Notes: a model not told the origin generated them from the sequence alone. A stretch of DNA of 64,000 nucleotides from Alphaproteobacteria bacterium (GCA_965220745.1 CBDCQT010000006.1:79730-143729), one strand, 5' to 3'; counted from the stretch's first letter, positions 7,790 to 18,192 are shown. Numbers and translations: made by a program.

Positions 7790-9166
7790 CGCAGGGCCCG
7801 CTTGCGCACCGTGTCGATCTATGTGGCGGTCATGCTGGGCGCAGCGCTCTTCAGCAGCGTTTGGCTAGCCAGCATTCGCCAGATGGCAGGGCTGTTCGGC
7901 GATCGAACCCCCGACGAGATCGAGCGCATTCAGGCCCACATTAACGGTCTCTTCTATGCGATTGTCGCCACCGCTGCCTTGGTCCTGCTGCTGCGATTTC
8001 TTCGCAAGCTGCTGGAAGTCTTCGTCGAGCGCGCGAAGAGCTGGGCCCACGGGGGCCAACCCGTCCGCTTTCGCGGGCTGGACTTGATCAGCCGTGACCG
8101 CATCCGCGACTCGGTCTTGCTAGTCGCCCGAGCAGCGAGAGTCCTCTTGGCGCTCTTGCTGCTCTACATCTACGTGCCGCTCGTCTTGAGTTTTTTCCCC
8201 GTCACGGCGCCATTCGGCGACCAACTGTTGCACTACGTCTTGCGGCCGGCCACCGAAATCGCTAGGGCCGCAATCGGCTACCTGCCCAAGCTGTTCTACC
8301 TCGTTGTATTGGTGCTTGTCGCACGGTATTCCCTCAAAGCGTTGCGGTTCCTGCTGAACGCAGTCGGCAGGGGCGATCTAGTGGTCGGCGGCTTCGACCA
8401 GGAATGGGCCGATCCAACCTACAAGCTGATCCGGATCCTGATGGTAGTGTTCACCCTGATGATCGGATACCCCTACCTTCCGGGTGCGGAATCCGAGTTC
8501 TTCAAGGGATTCTCGCTGTTTGTCGGCGCTCTCGTCACACTCGGCTCCACGGCTGCAATCGGAAACATGGTTTCCGGGGTGATTCTCACCTATACGCGGG
8601 CCTTTCGCATCGGGGACCGGGTGCGCATCGGGGACGCCGAAGGTGACGTCTTGGCGAAGTCGCTCTTCGTGACCCGGCTGCGAACCATCAAGAACGAGGA
8701 AATCACCGTTCCGAACGGCTTGGTTCTGGGCGGAATGGTGGTCAACTACAGCAATGCTGCGAAACGAAGCGAACTCGTCCTCACGACCGAGGTAGGCATT
8801 GGCTACGGTGTCCATTGGCGCCAAGTCGAGGAATTGCTCAAGGCGGCTGCAGCGAAGACTCCCGGAATCCTCTCCGATCCCGAACCCTTCGTCTGGCCAA
8901 ACGCCCTCGGGGATTTCGCGGTGACGTATGAACTCCACGCGTACACTGATCGTGCCGAGCAGATGGGCGGCACCTACGCCGCGCTGCGCCGCAACACGCT
9001 TGATGCGCTGCATGACGCCGGCGTGGAGATCATGACGCCCGACGTCCAGGCGCTTCGGGACGCGAGCCGATCCGCGGTTCCCACCGAAAACACTCCCGGC
9101 GGCATTGATGCCGGTCGCAGCATTCGAGTCGATGTCTCGGGCCGAACGCGTTCCGAAGACAACTGA
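7790..9166 (+). CDS. mscS: MscS-family mechanosensitive channel, 3' exon (458 aa)
   Basis: Multiple TM helices, GNMVSGVILTYTRAFRIGDRVRIG, EITVPNG, GVEIMTP. Confidence 0.85.
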   Translation, partial: RRARLRTVSIYVAVMLGAALFSSVWLASIRQMAGLFGDRTPDEIERIQAHINGLFYAIVATAALVLLLRFLRKLLEVFVERAKSWAHGGQPVRFRGLDLISRDRIRDSVLLVARAARVLLALLLLYIYVPLVLSFFPVTAPFGDQLLHYVLRPATEIARAAIGYLPKLFYLVVLVLVARYSLKALRFLLNAVGRGDLVVGGFDQEWADPTYKLIRILMVVFTLMIGYPYLPGAESEFFKGFSLFVGALVTLGSTAAIGNMVSGVILTYTRAFRIGDRVRIGDAEGDVLAKSLFVTRLRTIKNEEITVPNGLVLGGMVVNYSNAAKRSELVLTTEVGIGYGVHWRQVEELLKAAAAKTPGILSDPEPFVWPNALGDFAVTYELHAYTDRAEQMGGTYAALRRNTLDALHDAGVEIMTPDVQALRDASRSAVPTENTPGGIDAGRSIRVDVSGRTRSEDN

Positions 9167-9387
9167 GCGGTAGTCAGCGTTCCCGATCGGCCGCCGGACC
9201 ACCGGGCATCAAGCCACGGTTGATTGGTTTGGGGTTATCCAGAAAGCTTGTCAAAACCACGGCAACCGCCTGTTTCCTCGGCCCGCGATTCGGTATGCTC
9301 TCGCTGGCCGCTTCCTCCCGAAGAACACTCGTTGTTCCTCGGCAGTCAGACGGGTGAACCGCCGCCTAAGCCGGAGGCTGCTTCGGT

Positions 9388-9448
9388 CGCCTGTCACTTC
9401 CCGTTTCGCGGCAATTGCGCCAGACCGCCGGTCGGGAAGTGACAGGCG
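9388..9448. repeat. Perfect 16-bp inverted repeat with 29-nt spacer
   Basis: CGCCTGTCACTTCCCG (9388-9403) / CGGGAAGTGACAGGCG (9433-9448). Confidence 0.75.
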
Positions 9449-9748
9449 GCAGGCGCGTCGAGCCGCCCCCGAGCCCTCGCCGGCGCAACCACGCCCGCGG
9501 CGCCGGCAGCGGCGTTCGCGGGGGGTCTGCGCGGGCAACAAGGAGGCACACCCCTCCGTGCCATCGGCAGTTGGTGAGGCGGGCGCGACGGTGCGCACTC
9601 GCAACTCGGTCCAGACCGCGCTAAGCCGAAATCTCCGTGGGCACATACGCGGGCGTATTTCGCGCTTGCCCTCGGCGCTCGCGATAATGGGCTCGGTCGC
9701 TGCGGCCCAATCCGGTCGTGGTTTCTGGCGGACAGATCAAGATCATCG

Positions 9749-12700
9749 ATGGCAATCCAGCGCTGGCGTGATGGGGAGGGTGTAGGGAAGCGTCTGGCGG
9801 CGCATGGCCTTCCCGGCCTTCTGTCAATTGACGTCGAGGGCACAGAGAACATCGGCGCGGTCGGAGCGATACGCACGGACCGCTCGACCGTCTTCACCTG
9901 GCGCGGCCGCAACGGCCGATTGCGCACGGCCCTCGCAGCCCTCGATGAATTCGCCGCAGGTGCCTCGTATCTGGTCGGCCACAACATCATCGAGCATGAC
10001 CTCGAACTCCTCGCCCGCCACGCGCCGAATCTGAAGCTGCTCGACCTGCCCGCCATCGACACGCTGTACCTGAGCCCGCTGGCGTTTCCGGAAAACCCCT
10101 ACCATCGCCTCGTCAAGCAGTATCAGGAACCGGCGCTCGCGAGAGTGCAGGTCAACGATCCTCTGCTGGACTCGGAGCTGACGCTCGAGCTCCTCGCCGA
10201 TGTCGCCGATGCACTGCGATCAAAGGACGCGGACCTGCTGCTGGCTTGGCACGCGCTGCTCGCCACGGGCGTCAAGGGGCACGCCTTCGACCATCTCTTT
10301 CGCACGATCCGGGGCACCGAATTGACGCCGCTTGTCGAGGACTCGATTCCCGCGATCGCGAAGCGCCTCGGGGCGCGCGGGTGTCCGAACCAAGCGGCCC
10401 GCCTCGCCCGCGACGCGCTCTCTCACCCCCTCGCGCTCGCCTATGTGCTGGCGTGGCTGCCGGCGGCCGGAGGCAATTCCATCATCCCTCCCTACGTCGA
10501 GCACCGGTTCGCACCCGGGGCGCTCGCAACGAAGCTCCGCGACGCCCATTGCAGCAACCGCAACTGCTCATGGTGCTCGGAGCATCTCGACGCTGAAACA
10601 GCACTCAAGCACTGGTTCGGTTTCTCGGGCTTCCGGGAGCAGCCCCGCAGTCAGGACGGCAAGAGCCTTCAGCGCTCAATCGTCGAGAAACACCTTGCCC
10701 GCGAGCACGTCCTCGGGATCCTTCCCACCGGGACCGGCAAGTCCCTGTGCTATCAGCTCCCGGCGTTGATGCGCTACGAGGCGACAGCGGCGATCACCGT
10801 CGTCATTTCGCCGTTGGTTGCGCTGATGGCCGATCAGGTCGCGGCCATGCGGCGCCAGCGCATCACTTGCGCCACCACCATCAACGGCCTCATCTCGATG
10901 CCGGAACGGGCCGAAGCGCTTGCCCACATCCGACTCGGCGACGCAGGGATCGTGCTGGTCGCTCCCGAGCAGCTCCGCAACCGTTCGTTCCGAAGGGCGA
11001 TCGCGGGACGCCGGATCGGCGCCTGGGTCGTGGACGAGGCGCACTGCCTTTCGAAGTGGGGCCACGACTTCCGTCCCGACTACCGCTACGTCGCGCGCTA
11101 CATCGCCGAGCATCACGGGGCGGACTCCGCGCCGATCCTGTGCCTCACCGCGACCGCAAAGCACGATGTCATCGAAGACATCCGCCAGCACTTCGAGCAG
11201 ACCCTTCAGGCGCAGCTCGAGGTCATCGACGGCGGGGCGGAACGCCGGAACCTGGAGTTCGTCGTCATGCCGACTTCGGCATCGCAGCGGATCGAGCACA
11301 TCCATGGTGCGGTCGAGGACGCGCTCGGGCGCGCGGGCTCGGGCGGGGCCATCGTCTACTGCACGACCAAGCGAAGCACCGAGGAGACCGCCCAGGCGCT
11401 CGCCGACCGGGGGCTCTCCGCCCAGCACTTTCACTCCGGCCTATCGCCGGAGCGTAAACGCGAGATACAGCGTGGCTTCCACGACGGCGAGATTGACGTT
11501 GTGGTCGCCACGAACGCGTTCGGGATGGGCATCGACAAGTCCGACGTTCGCGGGGTCGTGCATTCCGAGATTCCGGGCTCTCTGGAGAGCTATCTTCAGG
11601 AAGCCGGGCGGGCGGGGAGAGACGGAGCCCCCGCGCATTGCCTGCTGCTGTTCGAGCCCGGAGACGCCGAGCAGCAATTCTCGCTCACCGCGCGTTCGCG
11701 CCTTGAGCGGCGCGACATCCAAGCGGTGCTGCGTGCGATTCGCCGCCTGGACTCGCGCCGCCGGCGCCACCACGCCGACAGCGGGGATTCCGTCATCGCG
11801 ACCGCGGGAGAGATTCTTCTCGAAGACGATGACGGTGAGTTCGCGCGCGACAGCGCGACCGACGACGACCGGGTGCGCACCGCGATCGCGTGGCTGGAGG
11901 AATCGAAGCTCGCGCGGCGCGACGAAAACCACACGTCCGTCTTCCCCTCGTCGCTGCGCGTCTCGAATTTGGCCGCCGCACGAGAACGCATCGAGAGGGA
12001 GGGCCGCAGACGGAACATTCGAAGCGCCACGCGCACGCAGATGCTGCGCGTCGTGCAAACCCTGACGCATGCGGAACCGGACATCGGTGTCTCCACCGAC
12101 GAGCTGATGAACGAGTGCGGTTGCTCGATGGGACAGCTCCGAAGGGTGTTCAGCACGCTACAGGAGATCGGGGTTGCGTCGAACGACATGCGCATCACCG
12201 TCTATGTCCACGCCGGCGTCGAGAACGCCTCGCCCCGGCGCCTGACGTTGGCCCGTGAGCTGGAGCAGGCCCTCATCGCGGAGCTACGCGAGGAGGCGCC
12301 CGACCAAGACATCGACACCTGGACGCGCCTTGCGCTTCGCCCTCTCGCCCAGCGCCTTCGCGAGAAGGACATCGAGAACCCGCTGCCCGAACGGCTGGTA
12401 CGGCTCCTTCGCAGCATTTCCGGGGACGGCCGCGACGAGCCCGATGCCAAGCGCAGCATCGAGATCCGCGCCCGCGACATGGAGACCATCGGAGTGCGGC
12501 TGCGCCGGAACTGGGCCTCCATCGATCGCATCGCGCGGCTTCGCCGCGACGGCGCGGCCCGGCTGCTCGAACATCTCCTCGGCAAGGTGCCTGACGGTGT
12601 CCGCGGGGTCGATTTGCTGGTGGAAACGACCTACGGGGCGCTGGAGCGGGCCATCAAGGACGACCTGGTACTGAAGTCGGAGTTGAAGGACCAGGCGACC

Positions 12701-15010
12701 CAGCCGCTCGTCGACCGTGCGCTGCTCTGGATGCACGAGCAGGAGGTCGTCACTCTCAACCGCGGCCTCACCGTGTTTCGTCCGGCGATGACGTTGAAGG
12801 TCACGCGAGACGGAAAGACCTTCACGGTCGCGGACTTCAAGCCGCTGAAAGAGCACTACGCCGAGCAGACCGCACAGATCCACGTCGTCGCCGAGTACGC
12901 GAAGCTTGGCGTGGACGACATCCAGCTGGCGCTGCGCCTCGCGGCGGACTACTTCAAGCTCGAAAGCCAAGAGTTCGTCCACAAGTGGTTCAAGGGCAAG
13001 GAGACGACGCTCGGGCGCGACACCCTCCCCGAGCACTATGAGGCGATTGTCAGGAAGCTCGGCAACCGGACCCAGGAGCGAATCGTCGCCGACGACCGGG
13101 AGCGCACCAACGTGCTGGTGCTCGCGGGCCCGGGCTCAGGCAAGACACGGGTCCTGGTACACCGCATCGCCTACCTCATCCGCGTGCGGCGCGAGAACCC
13201 GGGAAGCATCCTGGCGCTCACCTACAACCGCCACGCGGCGGTCGAGGCGCGGCGGCGTCTCGACGAGTTGGTCGGGAAGGACGCGCGCGGCCTAAACGTG
13301 ATGACCTGCCATGCGCTCGCGATGCGGATTCTCGGGATCTCTTTCGCGCAGGCCGCCGCGAATCCGAGCGACGAAACGTTCAACCTCATTCTTCGCGACG
13401 CCGCCCGGCTCCTGAAGAAGAGCGACGAGGCGAACGCCTTCGTCACCCGGGAGCAGATGCTCGGGCGCCTCAACTGGATTCTGGTCGACGAGTATCAGGA
13501 CATCGGCGAGCCCGAGTACGAGCTGATCGCCGCGCTCGCCGGGAAGACCCTCGCCGAGGACGACGCGAGGCTGAACCTGTTCGCGGTGGGAGACGACGAC
13601 CAGAACATCTACGCGTGGAAGGGCGCGTCAGTGCGCTTCATCCGCCGCTTCGCCCGCGAATACCACGCGAAGGAGGAGTATCTCGTCGAGAACTACCGCT
13701 CGAGCCGCTGCATTATCGACGCGGCGAGCCAGTGCATCGATGGCGCGGCCGGGCGTCTCAAGCGTGACCACAGGCTGCGAATCGACGGCCACCGGCACGC
13801 CGAACCGCCGGGAGGGGCCTGGACCGCCCGCGACGAGGTCGCGCGAGGCAAGGTCCAGATTCTGCGCCTCGAGGGCGGCCAACTCTCGCAGGCCGTGGCC
13901 GCGGTCGAGGAACTCAAACGTCTCGCCGCACTCGACCCGGACTGGCAGTGGCGGCGGTGCGCCATCGTAGCCAGGAACTGGGCCGACCTCGATCCGGCAA
14001 GAAGCGCCTGCATGGTCCACGGCATACCGGTGCAGAGCGCGCGCGAGGAGCTTTCCTCGTTCTGGCGCGCTCGTGAGACGCAGCGGCTTCTACGCACTCT
14101 CGACTCGCGCGATTCGACGGCCATCGAAACACAGGAGCTCCGGCGCCATCGCGCGGATGTCGGCGAAGGTCCGTGGGCCGACCTGCTCGCTCAGGCGCTC
14201 GACGAGCTGCTCCTCGAGGAAGGCGAGGCGGCGGTGCTGCCGATCGCATTCGTGCGGAACTGGCTTGGCGAGTGGAGCAAGGAGATACGGCGCAGGCAGC
14301 AGGGGCTGCTCCTGACCAGCGCCCACCGGGCAAAGGGCCTTGAGTTCGATCACGTCGTCATCCTCGACGGACGATGGAACGCTACGAGCGATTCGGACGA
14401 CCCCGATACCGCACGCCGTCTGTACTACGTGTCGATGACCCGCGCCCGCGAGACCCTGGCACTGGTGCGGCTCGACGATGCCGGGCGCCCGGATGTCCGG
14501 GACACGCCGCTTCGGGCAAAGCCGCAGGAACGCGCCTCGTCACTGCTTCAGCCGCTCGGGAACGACCCCTCGGTGCTGGAGCGCGAGGTTCCGCGTCCGG
14601 ACATCTCCGACGCACGGTTGGACATCCGGATCGCCGAATGCACCATGAAGGACGTCGTACTGTCTTTCGCTGGTTGGAGGGCGGCGCATAGCAGGACGCA
14701 CCGCGCCATCGCCGCACTTGCGCCAGGGGACCCGTTGTCCATGTCGCATGAGCAGGGCCAGTGGAAGATCCTCGACCGCGAGGGACGCCAAGTCGGCCGC
14801 ATGGCGAAGAGTTGGACCCTTCCGCACGGCATGGCCATTGTCCGCGCGTCGGTGCAGGGAATCTTCACCCGCTGGGCCGACGACGGGGAAGACGAAGAAC
14901 GCAAAGGGACTCTACGCTCGGAGACTTGGGAGGTGGTCGTGCCTCAATTCTTGCTGTCGCGCGAGCTATCTCCGACGATGGACAAACCCCGCAGCGGCCC
15001 TGCCGGTTGA
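9749..15010 (+). CDS. Multidomain helicase: N-terminal DEDD/RNase H-like exonuclease, RecQ (SF2) and UvrD/Rep (SF1)
   Basis: IDVE..LVGHNIIEHDL..IDTL; PTGTGKSLCYQLP, VDEAHCLSKWGHDFRPDY, ATNAFGMGIDK, QEAGRAGRDG; AGPGSGKT, VDEYQD, VGDDDQNIY, ENYRS, HRAKGLEFD, YVSMTRA. Confidence 0.92.
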   Translation: MAIQRWRDGEGVGKRLAAHGLPGLLSIDVEGTENIGAVGAIRTDRSTVFTWRGRNGRLRTALAALDEFAAGASYLVGHNIIEHDLELLARHAPNLKLLDLPAIDTLYLSPLAFPENPYHRLVKQYQEPALARVQVNDPLLDSELTLELLADVADALRSKDADLLLAWHALLATGVKGHAFDHLFRTIRGTELTPLVEDSIPAIAKRLGARGCPNQAARLARDALSHPLALAYVLAWLPAAGGNSIIPPYVEHRFAPGALATKLRDAHCSNRNCSWCSEHLDAETALKHWFGFSGFREQPRSQDGKSLQRSIVEKHLAREHVLGILPTGTGKSLCYQLPALMRYEATAAITVVISPLVALMADQVAAMRRQRITCATTINGLISMPERAEALAHIRLGDAGIVLVAPEQLRNRSFRRAIAGRRIGAWVVDEAHCLSKWGHDFRPDYRYVARYIAEHHGADSAPILCLTATAKHDVIEDIRQHFEQTLQAQLEVIDGGAERRNLEFVVMPTSASQRIEHIHGAVEDALGRAGSGGAIVYCTTKRSTEETAQALADRGLSAQHFHSGLSPERKREIQRGFHDGEIDVVVATNAFGMGIDKSDVRGVVHSEIPGSLESYLQEAGRAGRDGAPAHCLLLFEPGDAEQQFSLTARSRLERRDIQAVLRAIRRLDSRRRRHHADSGDSVIATAGEILLEDDDGEFARDSATDDDRVRTAIAWLEESKLARRDENHTSVFPSSLRVSNLAAARERIEREGRRRNIRSATRTQMLRVVQTLTHAEPDIGVSTDELMNECGCSMGQLRRVFSTLQEIGVASNDMRITVYVHAGVENASPRRLTLARELEQALIAELREEAPDQDIDTWTRLALRPLAQRLREKDIENPLPERLVRLLRSISGDGRDEPDAKRSIEIRARDMETIGVRLRRNWASIDRIARLRRDGAARLLEHLLGKVPDGVRGVDLLVETTYGALERAIKDDLVLKSELKDQATQPLVDRALLWMHEQEVVTLNRGLTVFRPAMTLKVTRDGKTFTVADFKPLKEHYAEQTAQIHVVAEYAKLGVDDIQLALRLAADYFKLESQEFVHKWFKGKETTLGRDTLPEHYEAIVRKLGNRTQERIVADDRERTNVLVLAGPGSGKTRVLVHRIAYLIRVRRENPGSILALTYNRHAAVEARRRLDELVGKDARGLNVMTCHALAMRILGISFAQAAANPSDETFNLILRDAARLLKKSDEANAFVTREQMLGRLNWILVDEYQDIGEPEYELIAALAGKTLAEDDARLNLFAVGDDDQNIYAWKGASVRFIRRFAREYHAKEEYLVENYRSSRCIIDAASQCIDGAAGRLKRDHRLRIDGHRHAEPPGGAWTARDEVARGKVQILRLEGGQLSQAVAAVEELKRLAALDPDWQWRRCAIVARNWADLDPARSACMVHGIPVQSAREELSSFWRARETQRLLRTLDSRDSTAIETQELRRHRADVGEGPWADLLAQALDELLLEEGEAAVLPIAFVRNWLGEWSKEIRRRQQGLLLTSAHRAKGLEFDHVVILDGRWNATSDSDDPDTARRLYYVSMTRARETLALVRLDDAGRPDVRDTPLRAKPQERASSLLQPLGNDPSVLEREVPRPDISDARLDIRIAECTMKDVVLSFAGWRAAHSRTHRAIAALAPGDPLSMSHEQGQWKILDREGRQVGRMAKSWTLPHGMAIVRASVQGIFTRWADDGEDEERKGTLRSETWEVVVPQFLLSRELSPTMDKPRSGPAG

Positions 15011-15555
15011 GCGCGTCTGTCTGTGCGGGATTTCCGCAAGCCGAGCCCACCCGGCTCTCCCCGCCGTGCCGCCTACCGGCCAGCCCGCCGCCCGTGCCCC
15101 GCCTTCCGTGCAGAACCAGCGCTCGCCCCCTATCATCTGGCGAGGCCACAAAACGACCTCCGCCGCCGGCGTATGCGCACTGGCGTACAGGACCGCCGCC
15201 AGCAGGATCAGAACTTGTCGCATGAGTGCCTCCGTGCGTCACGGTACCGGCCCCGTGGAGCCGGGCCGTGGATACGCCACGCGAGTTTCTCTGTGTGATG
15301 TCCTGCCTGTTCGCCGCGGCCCCGGTAGCTACTCCGTTGCCGAACGCGGCTCTTGTATTCAGCAAGCGACCCGACACGGGCACTCGCTGGCGTGTCCGCA
15401 AGCACAGCAGCACACTTGATCGTGTATGATCAGGACTGGGCGCAACGGGCGAAACACCGAATCGACCGACATTCCCCATCCTATGGATGGGGAAATTTCG
15501 GGCGTCCGAAGGCGTGAAGAAAGATGCCGGACAGCGCAAAGGGAAGGCGAAAGCG

Positions 15556-15774
15556 ATGAACGGCAAGGGAACGATAATCACGATTATCAGCGTAGGTATC
15601 GCCCTGAGCGGCCTGATTCTGAACGGACAGCGCACGACCAACAGGGCGATCGAGAACTTGCGCTCTCAGGTCAATCGGGACTTCGCCGAGGTCCGCACCA
15701 ATATCACGGACCTCCGCGAGCGTATGGCCCGGCTGGAGGGCCTGTTCGAAGGCCACTTGGAAAGGGACGACTGA
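15556..15774 (+). CDS. Small membrane-anchored coiled-coil protein (72 aa), paralog 2
   Basis: MNGKGTIITII..DLRERMARLEG, clearly similar to 2682-2921. Confidence 0.7.
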   Translation: MNGKGTIITIISVGIALSGLILNGQRTTNRAIENLRSQVNRDFAEVRTNITDLRERMARLEGLFEGHLERDD

Positions 15775-15785
15775 AGGTGCGACCG

Positions 15786-16160
15786 ATGCTAGACCCTGAG
15801 AGGGACCTCAAGGGCGCTACGCCTGAGAAGCTGGCCCGCACGCTGTATTGTGGTTGCTAGAGTCGTGATTCTCGGCTCGCCTACTGTCCGCAGCGCACTG
15901 CGAACGAAGCCCTGCGAGTCCGGTTTCTCCGGCTTGCCTCCCACGATCGAACGGTAAGGGGTCGTTTCAATGGCCGCCGCCTGCTGAACCAGCCTGTTGC
16001 GGGCAGCGGAAACCCTCCGGTCAGCGTTGCTGCGCCAAGTATTTTCGGCAGGCTTGCTCGCTGGCGAACCGGGTCTCGAATTCCAGCTGATTTCGCGGGT
16101 AATCCTCCACCGCCTCAAACACTACATGTAGTAGCTGCCTGACTCAAGTGCATACCCGCA
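15786..16160. mobile_element. Possible IS1595-like remnant (short passenger ORF fragment and terminus)
   Basis: MLDPERDLKGATPEKLART resembles short ORFs I recall beside IS1595 transposases; ACTACATGTAGT palindrome and CTCAAGTGCATACCCG at about 16121-16158. Confidence 0.35.
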
Positions 16161-16272
16161 TGAGCCCAAGTCTTGGCGGCAACCGGCACTTTTGGTCGAG
16201 CACACCACGAATCGCACCGGCTTGCGTCCGGCTCAGGCGTTATGATGGCGTTGCCTTGCGGGCAGGGAGGGT

Positions 16273-18192
16273 GTGCCAGTGCAGCAGTTGATCCAGCGAT
16301 TCCTCAACAAGGAGCTTACGCGGCGAGGTCTTTCTCGAAAGCTGGCCGGACTCGGGCTCTCGGCCGCCGCCGCGCAATCGCTCATCGAGAGTCTCGATGC
16401 CACCGAGAGCGCCAGCCTCGCCTTGCCTCCGTCCAAGCGATCGACGGGAAGCGGCGGGAAGTTGGTCATGGAGCAGGCTAAAGCCGCAGGATCGGAGTAC
16501 CTGTTTACGAATCCCGGATCTTTCGAGGTCGGTCTGTTCGACGCGCAGGTCGGTTCCGGCGTGCCGCTGATCATGGGCTTGCACGAGGGCATTGTCGTCG
16601 CCATGGCGGACGGCTACCACCGTGCCAGCCTCAAGCCGGCCTTCGTCAATGTCCATGTCATCGCAGGCACGGCCCAAATGGGCGGGCAGCTCTACAACGC
16701 CAGCAGGGACGGGGCCGCGTTGGTCGTCACGGCGGGCATGCTGGACAACGAGCTGTGGAGTGACGAGGGCATCCTCGCGCCCCGCCCGGGCTATGACCAA
16801 AAGGATATCCCCAGACAGTTCACCAAGTTCTGCTGGGAGGCCCGCAACGCGCAGAGCCTGACGATGATGCTGCGACGGGCCTACAAAGTCGCCACAACTC
16901 CGCCGGGCGGTCCGGTGTATCTGGCTATGACCAACGGCGCGCTGGAAACGAAGGACGTCACATCGGAGATCGTACCGGCGGAGCGCTTCCTGATGTCCGC
17001 ACGGCCGCGCCCCGAAGCTGCGGCGGTCGACAAGACCGCCGACTGGCTGTTACAGGCAAAGCGGCCGCTGATCGTAGTCGGCGACGAGGTCTGGAAGTCC
17101 GGCGCCCAGGCGGATTTGGTCAGCTTTGCGGACAAGTACAACGTCCCCGTTACGTCCGGGACAGGAGGCTATTTCAACTTCCCGGCTCGCCACCCGCTCC
17201 ACCTCGGCCGCTTCAGCATGCGCTCGGACTATGCGCAGGGCGGCGTCGATCTTGCCCTGATGGTCGGTGCCCGCGACTTCGGCATCTGGCGCTTGCCGAC
17301 CGGCCCGGAAGCCCCGATGGACGCCCGAATCGTGCGGATCGGCCTGAACGCGGGGAACATGGGCCGCAACTACCCGACCGATCTCGCGCTGCTCGCGGAC
17401 GTGAAGGCGTCTTTGGCGGATCTCGATGCGGCGCTGGAGGGCCGGATCCCTCAGCAGCGCCTCAGCGCGTTCGGGCGAGACCGCGGGGATCAAGCGCGCG
17501 GCCTGTCGGCGCAGATGTGGAACGATTTCGACAGCCGGGTGCGCGGCAACTTCGGCCTGAGCCCCATGCATCCGGATGAGATGACATACGTCATGGCCAA
17601 GACGCTGGACCGCAACGCCGTGGTCGTGGGCGAGGTGCATTCCGGCTACAACCAGCACAACAACTTCCACTGGGGCTACGGCGACGACGAGCAGATCTGG
17701 ATCGGCTACACGGGCAATTCGCTCGGCTGGGGTCTCGGCGCGGCCACGGGCGCCAAGCTGGCCCTTCCAGACCGGCAAGTCGTGTGCTCGATCGGCGACG
17801 GGGCGGTCATGTACCAGTCCAGCGCTTTCTGGTCGCAGGCGCGCTACGGAGTGCCTGTCCTGACCGTGGTTTGGAACAACCTCAACTACCAGACGGTGCG
17901 AGGCGGATTTCACCGCTACGGCGGCACGATGGCGGCGACCGGAAAATACACCGGCATGTATTTGGGCGCTCCAGACATTGACTTCGTGCAGCTTGCGGCG
18001 AGCCAAGGAGTCAAGGGCGAGCGGGCGACGACACCTGCCGAGCTGGCAGCGGCACTCAAGCGCGGCATGGAGGTGTGCGGGGCCGGCGAGCCCTATATGG
18101 TGGAGGCCATGATCCGCCGAATCGGACCAGGGGCGGACTCGACTTGGCACGAGGGCTTCAAGCTGAGCGAGCGCATGAAGGCGACGGGCTAG
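16273..18192 (+). CDS. Thiamine diphosphate-dependent enzyme (benzoylformate decarboxylase/acetolactate synthase-like)
   Basis: FTNPGSFE, GLHEG, GGPVYL, GDGAVMY..NNLNY; GGAGG RBS before GTG; twin-arginine-like N-terminus. Confidence 0.88.
   Translation: MPVQQLIQRFLNKELTRRGLSRKLAGLGLSAAAAQSLIESLDATESASLALPPSKRSTGSGGKLVMEQAKAAGSEYLFTNPGSFEVGLFDAQVGSGVPLIMGLHEGIVVAMADGYHRASLKPAFVNVHVIAGTAQMGGQLYNASRDGAALVVTAGMLDNELWSDEGILAPRPGYDQKDIPRQFTKFCWEARNAQSLTMMLRRAYKVATTPPGGPVYLAMTNGALETKDVTSEIVPAERFLMSARPRPEAAAVDKTADWLLQAKRPLIVVGDEVWKSGAQADLVSFADKYNVPVTSGTGGYFNFPARHPLHLGRFSMRSDYAQGGVDLALMVGARDFGIWRLPTGPEAPMDARIVRIGLNAGNMGRNYPTDLALLADVKASLADLDAALEGRIPQQRLSAFGRDRGDQARGLSAQMWNDFDSRVRGNFGLSPMHPDEMTYVMAKTLDRNAVVVGEVHSGYNQHNNFHWGYGDDEQIWIGYTGNSLGWGLGAATGAKLALPDRQVVCSIGDGAVMYQSSAFWSQARYGVPVLTVVWNNLNYQTVRGGFHRYGGTMAATGKYTGMYLGAPDIDFVQLAASQGVKGERATTPAELAAALKRGMEVCGAGEPYMVEAMIRRIGPGADSTWHEGFKLSERMKATG

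Noticed and set aside
15789-16118. Weak NlpC/P60-like string (TPY..GG..DSQGFV)
   Set aside because: Catalytic Cys absent, no good start, and similarity too short to support.
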